Source: Catajapyx aquilonaris (taxonomy: Eukaryota). Taken from it: a stretch of 45,798 nucleotides of DNA. Position numbers and translations under genes: made by a program. Of the stretch, positions 25,782 to 37,600 are shown one piece after another. The notes under the pieces were generated by a model. The model had not been told where the DNA came from and made no database searches. It saw nothing but the letters and a program-made list of their open reading frames with translations. The number at the start of each line of letters is the position of its first letter. Position 1 is the first letter of the stretch. Location of the stretch: the NCBI GenBank assembly GCA_000934665.2, contig JYFJ02003153.1, positions 1 through 45,798 of the forward strand, read 5' to 3'.

Positions 25782-28700
25782 CATATTAGAGGTTATACAT
25801 AAGCCTTGATGGCAGTTTTATATAACTTTATAATAATTTTGTGTATGTACAGTAGTACAGATCAGGTAATGATGCTAATCATGCTACACACTTAATGTAG
25901 AAGTGGAAGATTGTGGCATGCCATGTCAGCACTAAAAACTCAGATTTTGGAGATTTTCAGTTTCAGGAATTTTGGATAAAGAATGCTGAATGTATAATAC
26001 ATATTTATTCAAATTATTTATTCCCATGATAGTTAACTTTGATGTCAATGATGGCGTAGATGGTACCATGACTCCCTTGATGGCTTCAGTACAACTAGTG
26101 CAGGAGGAGCTGGTAACTCTGCTGATGCAAAAGGGAGCTGATGTAAATGCCAGGGATTCCAAGAAGAAGACCTCCCTTCATTATGGTAAACTTCATAATT
26201 ATCGTATACTGATATTGTAGTTTTGATCATGTAAGTTTTAAGAAGTCATCATCTGGAATCGAGTGGTGTTTTGATAATGAACTATTGTCACCAAACTGGA
26301 TGAACTCCCTCCGCAGGGGTTGTATTGGGATGCTGGAAGTATAAGTTAAATAGAATAAACTGAAACTTTAGTGAGTGGTACTTTATCAGTAGGAGATTGC
26401 AGCAGGAACAGGAATATGCTATGGTGTTATGTTATGGTGTTATCTTCCGAGGCAATGTGTTAGACTTCAGTAATCCTCACTGAAGTAGGTGTTTTTGTAA
26501 CATCAATATCTATAGTCACATTGTATCATTTTTGGATGATATAGTGGTGCAAAATTCTGTCACATGTGATAGCTGCAGTAGTTCTACCTTATGATATACA
26601 GTATTTAGTTTGATTCTAGGTTGGTGGAGGATTTTCTCATATGAAATGAATGCCAATGGGTCTGCACTTATTTGTATTGCTTTTATTTAGATCTGCCATT
26701 TCCTTTCACTCACAATTCAAGGTGACGTAAATGTGGCATGAAAATGTGTGAGATAAAATTTTAGATTCTTTCAGATATGTGAAAGTTACTGTCAGTAACT
26801 GAAATCAATATCTTCCACATTTTAGCCGTCCATGAGGGGAATGTGAAGATATTACGACACATCTTGACTCCTGAATGTTATGTGAATGCCCAAGACGAAT
26901 TGGGGGAGACTGCATTGCATGTGGCCTGCTGGAGAGGGAATCAGACACTTTCAGCAATTCTGCTTGAACAAGGGGCAAAGCCAGACATACGAGATAAGGT
27001 TGGAATGACCCCCTTGCATCACGCATCTTCCAGATGTACCACTACATCATCCAGGATAATTCGCCTTTTGCTGGACAAGCGGCCAGTGGTCAAAATTGAT
27101 GCACAGTGAGTATTTTCTTAAAGCAATCATTTGTGAGTTACACATGGCAGTCAATTCTCAAGTCAGTTTTCAAGCCCAATCAGTAAAAGTGTAAAAGATG
27201 ATGGGTCGAATTTTCGTCCCACTGCTAGTTACTGCTAACTTGGCAGTACCATATTGCCAAAAACTGGTAGCAGTAACTAGCAGTGGGACGAAAATTTCAC
27301 CCTGCATCTCTCTGTCTGTCCCTCTCCTATCTCTATTATTCCACACACTTACCCAAGAATCTGTACCCACCCACTTTCACCCACTCCTTGGAGGTATTGT
27401 ACCCGCAATAAAAAGGGATAGGATCAGCACCCCTGGAATTCAGTATGTCACTGGTAGCTCTACTTTGGGCATTATTTTATTCTCAAATAGGAGAAGGGTG
27501 TAGAGATTGGTTGCAGAGGTAGAGGTGAGAGGTGGAATGCCGGCAGGTACAGTCCCGCTCATAAAGAATGGTACGACTCGATGGACGAAATGTTTATCCT
27601 GATTATCGAACATTACTCCCAACCTTAATTCAACAAAACCCCATGGAAAACCTTTTCCGGACCTCTGGTGACTTGTATGATCCATCCCGATTTTTAAATA
27701 AAAATTTTAATGACCAAAATGTTCAACCCGGTGCAATGCATACGTAGATTTGATGTGGATTTCACCCCTAAAATTTTCCTACTTTGATTTGTTTTTTTCT
27801 TCTCTTTTTTATTTTATTTTGATTCTCCTTTCCTGGACTTCCTCGTGACACCTAAAAACATGCTGGCGACCCAGGGGTTGGGAACAGAATAAACATTTCG
27901 TCCATATAGAGTCGTACCATTCTTTACGAACGGCACTGTACCTGCAATAAGGAAGCTGACTTTCAACGCATGCTTTCAATCAATATAGTGGCAGTAAGTG
28001 TGGTACTACAACATGGAATATTCCAGTTCTCTTTACCTCCTCTCATCCATTGTGTCATAATGGGCCAGCAGCAGTTTATAACTGTTAGTTGCCAAATTAA
28101 ATCACTTGCCTCTTCCACCTTTTCTACTTTCTTCCTCCAGGCTTATCAATACTGTAGAATTGCATAAGGGTGAACTACCATCACAATTTTGTCACATTTT
28201 TTATGCATTAAAAACCTGTCAATAGTTAAGAACAGGAGACTGTTCTCATGACAGGAATATGTGTCTGGCCACACCCCTGATGCTTGCTGTGGAAGGAGAG
28301 TGCACGGAGAAGGCAGAACTGTTGCTGAAGGAAGGTGCAGATTGTAATACTGTTGTGGACTATCGTCACCACCTTCCTCTTCATAAGGCCATCTGTTACG
28401 GCAGCAAAAAGTAAGTTGGATGGCTACAGAGGTAGATCTTTACCAGCAAGAGCTCTTGGTATACCAGGGCAGTTTCAAGTTGTGCCTCAATTCAACATGG
28501 TTTCCCACAATTGGCAGCACTTTATGTTACCAGTTTTTTTTGTAGATATTTTGTGTGTTAAATTTTTTACATGTCAGAGCTGCATAAGACAAGGACTGTC
28601 GGTATAGTAAAACCTCGATATAACGCTCCCGCATAAACGTATTACCTCTCATAAAGCGGCATGCCGGTGTAGTCGAGGTCGACCAGTTTTCAGAAATGTA

Positions 28701-31700
28701 GGATCTGGTGGCTATACCAGCATGCCAGTCTAAGTGAGGTATGTTGGTATAAGGTGAGGTTTTCACTTACGGTATGTCATCGGTGCCAATTTTTTTGTGT
28801 TTTTTTTGTTGTTGTTGTTGCCTGAAAATCGAAATCCACAAAAAGGCTATATCGAAAATGCGGGGAGGTGTGGTGGCTGAGATGGTAACGCCTCGGCTTG
28901 CTGAGTGAAAGGCACCAGGTTCGATCCCCGCCTGGGGAACTTTCCTTTCACCTGCATCGGGAGAGTCTCTGACCTGCACCAAGGAGGTGTGTGACAACCT
29001 AACCTCCTGGGGAACAGCACATGACCCATAGCTACGACATTGCACCTTGCACCCATGTTCCCTCCCCAAAAATCCCTATCCTTTCCCATTGTCCCTGTTT
29101 CCTTGCACCGGAGAATGAAGTGAAAATATATAGTATACAGAAAACTGATGGTGGTATGCCACCCCCCGCATTCAAAAAAATTTACCAAGGATCCAAATAA
29201 TGGAAATCTACCTCAATTATTGTGGCATGCTGGCCATCCCCGGGTTATGCTGGCATGCTGGTTGACCTCGTTTTATACCAGCATGCCGCTTTAAGTGAGA
29301 TAATACGTTATAACACTCTTCTGCTTTTTTTCGAACCCTTCATCATTTCCATAAGGTAAATTTTCCTGCACATAATGCTATCTTGGTTATAACGCTACTT
29401 TTGGGCAGTCCCTTGAAGAACTTTATATCGAGGTTTTACTGTACGGGAAGTTCTCGGTTTACGAACTACATGACTTACAGCGATCCATACTTATGAACGA
29501 GCTCCCAAGGCTCTCCATAAGGATGATTTATAATTATTCCTGCACTTTCAATCGCTCCTCGTACGTTGAGCGACACCAAGTTCAACATAAATACTGTATA
29601 ATAAATAAATAATTGGGAAACTATGTTTTTCCATGCATGTAAACAAACACACATGATGTAAGCAGTTTGTTGGAGCAGCATCGTTGTGCTGAATATATGC
29701 TCTGTTCCTCAGGGATAAGAGTTATGTGCAAATCCGACTTATGGACATTCTCAGGAATGTAACCCTGTTTGTAGACCAGGGACTTCCTGTATTTGTTTCT
29801 GACACACTAATCACTGTGTGATTCAAGAGTGTTTAGTGCCCATGAGAGAGAAACGGATCCATTCATTCTTGCAGGATGTTGACCCTGATGATGAATCACA
29901 CCTGTCCTGATGCAAAAGAATCACTGTGTGTAAATCCTTCAGGCTCCCAAAACATTGCAGATGTTTTGTGCATAGCTTGCTCCTGCAACCCACAGATGCT
30001 TCCATTGCTGCTTGAATCAAAGCAACACATCACATGTGGCAGAAACTACCAAATATCCGAGAGTCCAAGGGATAGTGTGTCTGTCTACTTCCCCTTCGAA
30101 ATGGATCCCTGTCCTACCCCTTTTCTCAACATGTTTCTGGACCCGAAGATTCAGCTAGCTATCTACAAGTTGGACACTCCTTTGGCTCTCTTGCTTGCCA
30201 ACCATGCCAAATGTGGTGTGAGGTTCATGGAGCTGCTCAAAGTGTTGCTAGGTGCTGGTGCAGAGGTCAATCCAAAGGCATGCAGTGCAAGTGCTCCATT
30301 GGTTTATTATCTTGCATTGCCAGCCAGAGGTAAACTTCAGGACCCAGAACATCTGATGATGCTAGAATTACTGATGAGTTATGGTCTGGATCCAGATTAC
30401 AGGATAAGGTTAGTAATTAAGCTGGATAATTCAAAAACTGTAGTGCTGACAATGAAACCTGGTGTAGGGTTTGATTTCAATGCTGAACTCGAGTTTCCTT
30501 TCGGATCTGGGTTTGTTTCCAGATTTAGTTTTGAGTCTAACTTGAAAATCAAATCCAACGTAGATCTGAGTCCTAATATGGGGCATCCAGGTACCCAAAT
30601 ACTCAAAACATTTAAATCAACTCCTAATTTTAGTCAGTAGGGGTAGTTTCATTTTGGGAAGGGTGACTGATATGCTGATCCAGTAGCAGTGGTCCCTAAA
30701 TACCATTATAAATTTATTGAGAGCTCTCTTCAACTGGCTTCTTTTTGTTCTTCTTCTTGATGGTCAGAATTTAGGCAGTCGTACCTGTGGAGTTTGTTCT
30801 TACCAGAGAACTGTGAGCAGTGTATTTTCACCATGCACCTGATGTGGTACTTAACATTATTATGGGTGTACTCTTTGCTCATGAGAGTGCTCTGCCTTCA
30901 CTTATTATGCAACTTGGTTTTTCAGATCAGACCAGTGCAACTTTGGTGGTCCAGACACACTAGCTGCTGCCTGCCTTAATGACCCCCGTTCTCTGGCATA
31001 CTTTCTTCGCATGAGCCGCACCACACCTCGCCAGTTGCTGAGTCATTGGACCAAGTTATTCGAGTTGGCAGCAAACAGGCCCCTGGCAGTTCGGAACCGC
31101 TTCAGAACTGCATTTTCACTGCGCATGAGTATCTCTCTCAAGGTCATGATGGCTTATGGACAGCACGATTTAGCCCGAGAAGATCTGGTGTGGAGATTTG
31201 CAGCATTTGTGCAGGAATTGACTCATGTGCCCCTTGAGGTCAATGAAGATGATCTGCATGAAATGAAGAGTAAGTACTGTCAGGTACTGTAGTTGAATGA
31301 AGAACATTTTTAATGCATTAAAAAATTTACATGCTGTGTGCACTTGTGGACTTTGGATTTTGAACCAAACTCATTTTAAATACCTACTCTATTTATGCAA
31401 ATTCCAATATCATGAAGTTGAATCTGAGTCTACATCCCCATTGCACCAGTGTATAACTGGTCATTAACTTCTTTTTTACTGTCATCTAATTCCTTCCCTT
31501 GTATTGGCTGCATTCCTGAGCCCCCTGATTGCACCATTGCATTGCCATGAAGATGAATATACGCTGTACTCCCGATTATCTGGGTGTGGATGATCCGTAC
31601 ATGGCTAAAACAAAGAAAAGTCTGGAAAATGTGGAAAAAAAATTCTTGCAAACAAAGAAATATAACTGACTTTTCCCAGAAGACAAACTAAATATCTACA

Positions 31701-33590
31701 GAATGTTTTCTAATTTTGAGTCAATTTGATTTAAAGCAGCATACAGTAGATAGATATATAGTTAGATAGATAGATAGGTACGTTGATTCCCTTCATACAA
31801 AGTATATGGGAAGCCCTCTCTCCAAAATTGTACAAAATAATGTCACAAAGTTGTAGTTTTTAAACTGCCAACAAAAAAAAATTATACAGAGATTAGACCT
31901 TCATAGTTGGTATATCAATGAACAGTGTATATATTTTGTCCAGTGGAACCCTCTGGAAGTCTTTTATACTGGACATTCCATAGCTTCTTTATAAAAGTCA
32001 CAATCAAACAAAACACGGAACAATGAAATTTCTACCATCATGTTACAAAGCAAACAAACTTTTTCTGCTTCAAATACAGTAACCTTGTATGTATAAGACT
32101 TTGGACTTGTAGTTTATTAACATGCGTACTAATTTTAGTGGCATTATCTTATGGAGGTAAATTTCTTTCATGTAGCCATTGGAAATTGCCTGGTCATGAT
32201 AATGATAATGTGTGTTTTTCAATGACACCCTATCTGCGTCGATTGTATTCTCCACATACACTGTAACCAGTTCATTTGTACCCATATTCTCATAATTTGC
32301 CTGCCAGAGCTGCCATATGATGAGCAGCATACAGCATATACTACAGTTGTTCGTTAAAAACCTGTGAATAGCTCATTTTATGATATCTAGGACTATTTTC
32401 CGATTATCCGTGTTTTGCAATTTATTATCTGGGGTCACTCGTGCAGCCATGAGTCCTTATAATCAGGAGTACAGTGTACTGGAAATGCAGTACTCACTTC
32501 GGAATGGGCAGGGATTTAGTACAACTACCTGTTTCTTTCTGCTTTCACATTTTCTTGGGATTCTCCTTTTTAAATTTTTTTTTTTAATTGATACCCCGTG
32601 CTCGAGCCTTCGGCTCGTTTAGGGGGGTGGTAGACCACCATACAGTTTTTCAATTAACTTCAAACTCCGTGCAAGGAATACTAGGATATAGGGTAGGGAA
32701 AGGGATTGTTGGGGAGGGGACACTTGTGCAGGTGCATTGTCCTATGGCTTTTGGGCCATGTGCAGTCCCCCAGGAGGTTAGGTTGCCAGACACCTCCTTG
32801 GTGCAGGTCAGAGACCCTCCCGACGCAGGTGAAAGGAAGTTCCCCAGGCGGGGATCGAACCTGGGGCCTTTCACTCAGCAAGCCGTGACGTTACCATCAC
32901 GGCCACCACACCTCCCCCTTCTCCTTTTTTAATATGGATACCCTGTGATAGGTTGTCTTGGGCCTTTTAGGGGATCATCTTTTAATTACCTGACTTTAAT
33001 CATTGCCTGTACTGTGATGGGTCTTGATTGTGGGAGGAAATGGGAGAGCCCCGAGAAAACCCACTTGAACAAGGAGAGAATGCATCGAAACTCTATCCAC
33101 ATAAGCACCCTCTGTCCGATCCGGGAATCTAACTCAGGACCTCAACGGTGGAAGGCTGTGGCGATAACCACTACATCACCATGCTGCCCTGGGATTCTCC
33201 CATTTCTGCTCATAATCTAAATCCAACTGCTGCTTGTGACATTAATATTTTTACCTTATTCCGTCAGTCTTGCCAATGCCAGAACGGCAAAAGATAATTA
33301 TTGTCAGTAATTTTTTCTCAGTTTGAACAATTTTGAAAAAAAAATGACCTAGAATATTTACTGGTTCCTGGAGTAATTACTTTTGTGGTGGCTTTGTTTT
33401 AGCAGAGGTTCCTAGCCTGGCCCACCTGAGCAGAGCCAGCTTGAGGGAGTTCATGTCTCACAGCCTCAGACCAGAGGTGATGGTCAAGGAAGCAGTTCAC
33501 AGCTTTGGTATACCATATCACCTCCAAGATTTTCTTCTCTACAGTGATGTTCCTTTCAAGCAGTTCCCTTCTTCATATGAGAACCTGTGA
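20693..33590 (+). CDS. Ankyrin repeat and SOCS box protein (ASB-like)
   Basis: Exons 20693-20751, 23942-24126, 26033-26185, 26826-27105, 28255-28410, 29875-30408, 30926-31269, 33403/33406-33590, all phase-consistent. Ankyrin repeats TPLMAS...GADVNARD, TALHVAC, TPLHHAS, TPLMLAV, LPLHKAI. C-terminal SOCS box VPSLAHLSRASLR...IPYHLQDFL. The first two exons are less certain. Confidence 0.88.
21192..21440. mobile_element. hAT (Charlie-like) MITE
   Basis: Ends CAGTGGTTCCCAACCTTTT ... AAGTTGGGAACCA, with the subterminal palindrome GGTCGCGACCCC near both ends. Confidence 0.7.
21974..22620. mobile_element. MITE with about 147-bp TIRs and TTA target duplication
   Basis: 21974-22120 is the inverted copy of 22474-22620, with few mismatches. 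TTA flanks both ends. The adjacent duplicate carries the empty site ctgac-TTA-gtatatg (22836-22838). Confidence 0.92.
22167..22247 (+). ncRNA. tRNA-Met(CAT)-like Pol III cassette (pseudo-tRNA) inside the MITE
   Basis: GTCTTCG-TGGCTCAGTCGG(A box)-TAGCGCGTCCGCGT-CAT-GATCCGAAGTCTCCGC-GTTCAAGTC(B box)-CGCGGGAAGCGAC followed by a T7 terminator. Resembles elongator tRNA-Met, but the stems are imperfect. Confidence 0.6.
23729..23892 (+). repeat. (TAT)n microsatellite, probably the tail of a retroelement 3' end
   Basis: AATAAA followed by a long imperfect TAT run at about 23790-23892, just upstream of an ASB exon acceptor. Confidence 0.55.
24362..25027 (-). mobile_element. Non-autonomous Helitron
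   Basis: On the minus strand: A|TCCATGCATATAAAAA 5' end; 3' hairpin CCGGGCAACACCGG followed by AACCTG-CTAG|T. Inserted at an A|T site with no TSD. Confidence 0.75.
25120..25730. mobile_element. Fully palindromic Tc1/mariner-type MITE followed by (TA)n
   Basis: TA|CAGGGTATATCAGAGTCA ... TGACTCTGATACACCCTG|TA. Arms pair for about 300 bp up to the centre near 25430. (TA)n runs 25731-25778. Confidence 0.9.
27203..27302. repeat. 100-bp foldback hairpin in an ASB intron
   Basis: ttttcgtcccactgctagttactgcta pairs with tagcagtaactagcagtgggacgaaaa; inner stem ttggca/tgccaa. Confidence 0.9.
27550..27938. mobile_element. Tc1/mariner-type MITE
   Basis: TA|CAGTCCCGCTCATAAAGAATGGTACGACTC ... GAGTCGTACCATTCTTTACGAACGGCACTG|TA, in the palindromic target gcagg-TA-cctgc. 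Confidence 0.85.
28605..29441. mobile_element. pogo/Tigger-like MITE containing a SINE
   Basis: TA|TAGTAAAACCTCGATATAAC ... TTATATCGAGGTTTTACTG|TA. Confidence 0.8.
28862..29180 (+). mobile_element. tRNA-derived SINE (same family as 32575-32918)
   Basis: A box TGGCTGAGATGG and B box GGTTCGATCCC. Body closely similar to the inverted copy at 32575-32918. A-rich end. Confidence 0.85.
29444..29789. mobile_element. Degenerate pogo-like MITE abutting the previous one
   Basis: TA|CGGGAAGTTCTCGGTTTACGAAC ... GTTTGTAGACCAGGGACTTCCTG|TA. Shares the TA at 29442-29443. Confidence 0.65.
32575..32918 (-). mobile_element. Full-length tRNA-derived SINE with poly(A) tail
   Basis: Minus head GGGGAGGTGTGGTGGCCGTGATGG...GGTTCGATCCCC, poly(A) tail, approximate TSD ttctcctttttaa at 32561-32573 and 32919-32932. 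Confidence 0.85.
32933..33189 (-). mobile_element. Older tRNA-derived SINE with a V-domain-like core
   Basis: Minus head GGCAGCATGGTGATGTAGTGGTTA...GAGTTAGATTCCC. Core tgtggatagagtt...gtgggttttctcggggctctcccatttcctcccaca resembles the V-SINE central domain. TSD tgggattctcc at 32556-32566 and 33190-33200. Confidence 0.65.
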
Positions 33591-34270
33591 GTCAGTCTAC
33601 CAGTATCTTTTCATGTTCATGTTAAATTGTTTGTTTGCTTAGTTTCTTGAATGGTGCAGGTAGATCTGCTGAGATGACACTCAATGTCTACTCTTGCATG
33701 TCACTAAGAGCCAGCTGTATGAAAGTAAATTATTGTTGAAATATCTAATTAAATCCCCTTTTGTATTGTGATACCTGTTCATACCTGTATGATATTCCCA
33801 AGTTTGCTTTTGTACAACTGACTTTTAGTTTTATATCGATTCTTGCAAAGGCATATCTATTAGTGAATGATTAGTGAATGAGGTAATATATATTTGCAAT
33901 GAATTCAAACTGTCATCTTATGAGAATGCAAGAGGAAAAAGTGTTGCTAATTTTAATCAATTGTACTTTTGAAGTGTAGTGTTCGGTGCAGGATATTTGA
34001 TTGCAAATTTGAATAAATTATAACTTGTTTTCATGACTTGGTTGTTTTGTATGTATGTGTTTGCAGAAGAGCATGTAAGCATATTTTCTTCAAATGTTTT
34101 ATGATTGAGCAAGTATGTTGTAAATATGTTGTAACAGTTGCATACTTGGCCTATGTTGTTCAGCATGCAGTTATTGGTCAGAAATTGGGCAGGAATTAAG
34201 GGATTGTACTGATTGTACTAATTGTACTCTATACAATATCTGCAGTTGATTTGTTTCATAGGTACAGTAC

Positions 34271-34435
34271 TGCCATTAGATGTAAGAAGACCGTAAGTCA
34301 AAAACTAGTAAGGGTGAAAGTCTCATGGATATACCCTGCACTAATTCCCTGACTCAGAGGGGATTAGTGCAGGGCAAGCATGTGACTTTCACCCTTACTA
34401 GTTTTTGACTTACGGTCTTGTTACATCTGAAGGCA
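34271..34435. repeat. About 165-bp foldback palindrome between the convergent ASB and iGluR 3' ends
   Basis: aagaccgtaagtcaaaaactagtaagggtgaaagtc pairs with gactttcacccttactagtttttgacttacggtctt; inner stem ccctgcactaat/attagtgcaggg. Confidence 0.9.
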
Positions 34436-34624
34436 GATTAGGTGCATGACCATAAACAGCTAAGAGGTTTGCAATAACTTCCTTATATTTGGGAATGAAG
34501 AAGTTGGTGCTGTTATGCATAAAGATAGCACTTATTTAGGCACACTTCATGAACATGTCTATGTGGTTTAAGTGAACTGTAAGATGATGAAGTGATTTGA
34601 ATTATAAATTATTAAATAGAAATT

Positions 34625-37600
34625 TCACTGGCAATTGTTAGCTAAGTGTTGAAAGGCATCCTTCATGTCTGATTTGCAGTGATCTTCATGGTTCCAGTAA
34701 TTTTCTTCTGGGACTCTCATTCCAATTGCTTCTTTTTTTGTGGCATTGCACTTGAATATGAGTTTCAGTTTTCTTTTAACAATGCTCCACATGGTGACCT
34801 GCAGTTATGGTAATTGTGGTTTAAGTACTTTTGAATGATAAGAAGATACAATGGCATACCTGTCTTTTTCTGGCGCACTTTCTGCAGACCCATAAAAATT
34901 CTCCAATTACAATGAACACACCAAGTCCTGATCCAACTGCGACTATAAAAAATACTCCAATAAAGTTTGCCATATATAACTTGTACTTTTCTGAATCTTT
35001 TTTCATCTGAAAGAAAATTTATTTGGATGACTTAAATTGAACCTTATGCTCCATATATTGTGATAAGAAATTTGCAATTATGCCAAGTTAGTAATATAAT
35101 GCGGTAAAACACTAGATGTTTGAGATGAATAGCTATTCATAGCTACAGTAGTATGATAAGACTGCATATGAGACAGGCTGATTGCAAGTTTAGCAAACAT
35201 CACAAAGAAAGAGTGTCACTTGTTGGAACGTACTCGACAGTCCAGTAAAATTTATGTACCGTACCAATGATATTTTCTTGGACTCTTTTCTCTGTTCTGT
35301 GAGTGCCATCATCTATGTATGGCCCATGTCTCACAGTTGGCAAGTGAAGCATTTTCCACAGGTACTGGCAATCACAGGCTGATTCACAAAACAACCAGAG
35401 CATTTGAAATACTGGACCCAATTTATTACTATTAGCCATATTACTGGAACAGCCAATGACAAGATAATTTGTGTGCATGATTTGTAATAAGGAATATGTC
35501 GAACTTTGCTAAGTTATGTCCACTCCCAGTCACAATTTATATAGTGATTTTGTCTCAGCAGCAGAGTTAATATGGGATCCTATTGATCTACTGAGAGGAA
35601 GGCAAAAGTAGTACTTGATCAAAATTTTATATTTGCATATTATGACATAAACATGCTGAGTCAATATGGGACATATTCAACCTGCAGGTCATGCTCTTTT
35701 GGCTCCCATTTCTTTCGCTTACCTCGCATTTTGGATCCTGATTGAAATCCTTCCACCACCTCTCTTTCATCATGTCTATTGCCCCCTTTTCTTGGAGATC
35801 CAGAATCACATTGTTGAAAAGTTCAGTGTGGGGAGAACCTGAAGCAATAATGATGCTGAATGAACTGGAGGTTACAGATATGGGCTTCGTAGGCTTAATC
35901 TAACACAAGAAAGTTAGCTCTGCACTTCACTAAAGGAACTGTTATGACCCACATTTTATATTAACTACTCTAACTGAATGACTTTTTTGGCAGTGCACAA
36001 ATAAACTGATTTATCATGATGGGTGGGAGAGAGGGGACAGGCAACAATATTTGGAAATACTGTACTTGGTTTACCTTTGGGGAGTCCGATGCCATACCCT
36101 TTGGAATCCAACCATGAACCCACTTGCTCAAGTTGACAATTGCGCTCTACATAGTACTCAATTACAATGGATTCCATGAAGAAAGCATACTGCCCTTCCA
36201 TGTCAGCTACCCGTTGTACTCCTTCCTTGTTATCAGACACAAATGATTCGCCAGGATTGTGGGTCATAAAATCCCATATACTTGAGTATATGTCGCTGTT
36301 GCTAGACTGCAAAGAGAGGAAAATACACAGGCATACAAATGATGCACCACAATATTGACATCTTCTGTTGGTTTTCGGAGATGAGAATCCCAGTAGATAA
36401 TTAAAATAGAAGTAATTTAGAATGAAACAGTACCTCAAAGAAAAAGCTAGTAGAGCCACCTTTGACGACTCCATATCTGATGGCTGTTTGTTCAGCCAAA
36501 TCCCTGGCACTAGATATTGGTGATGCAGATTTTTCTATGGTGAAGAAGGATGCTTGTTTGGCCGTGTAGTGAACAATTGTCAGGAGGACAAATAAGCTCC
36601 ATGTAATGGATGCCATCCGGGAAGATATAGCTCTTTATGTAAGGAATGAATGAGAGCTTATAGAGGTGCTAGCTCATGATGTACACACAATATTGGATGT
36701 AATCGCAAAAAGTGCTTGCCTGGGAGCAATCTCAGTTCCCTGCTGCATTAGAGCTCCTATTGTGTACCAGAAACTGCTCACAAGAGTAAACTGCCGTTCA
36801 GCTTTTCCGTCCTGGCGTATTTGTAACTCATATGGGCTTACACTGAAACAAGGAGGAACCAATAAGCAATACTTCAATGTAGCAGGTTATTATTCAAATG
36901 AGTTCAAACATACCGCCCTATGAGAAATAAAACGAGAGATGCTCCAGCAATTGCCACAATTATGCAGATCCAAGAATCTCGTGAAAATGGATCCAGAAAC
37001 GCAAACATGGACGGTGGTATTTTTTGTGGCTTGACATAAAGGATGCTGATACCTGTGCAGCAGGAGGAAATTAACAACTCTGAAGCAAAATTAGAGTACG
37101 CAAGAGAAGATACTATAACATGCACCATAATGTGAGTTCAACATAGCAACTCATGACACCTTTTGCATAGTGAAGGAACTATCCAAATCATATACAGTAT
37201 CATGCATGTATAAAGTTATAGTAACCCAATTTGAGGAAGGGTAATGTGAAGTCAAGATCTTCGGCCCTTTCAGAATTTACACTGACGTCAGCTACTAACA
37301 TATCCACCACCTGAAATGAGATATATGAGAAATAACCTACTTTGTTCATTAACAGTGCAGAATCGAAATCCGCAAGACTTACCCCATACTTAACCTCCCC
37401 AATCATTCCATTCCATTTTGTTCCATTGAAACGGCCATACTGATTATCACCAACTAGTTTGAACTCGTAGTTGAAAGAGAGATTTTTAGCCAAAAGAGCC
37501 ACTAAGTCCACTGCAAATCCTTCATATCTGTCATTGCCTTTCAGATTGGGATCTGACGAGTTCTTTTCCATAAACATCGGGGCACTCTTGTTAAAGAGTC

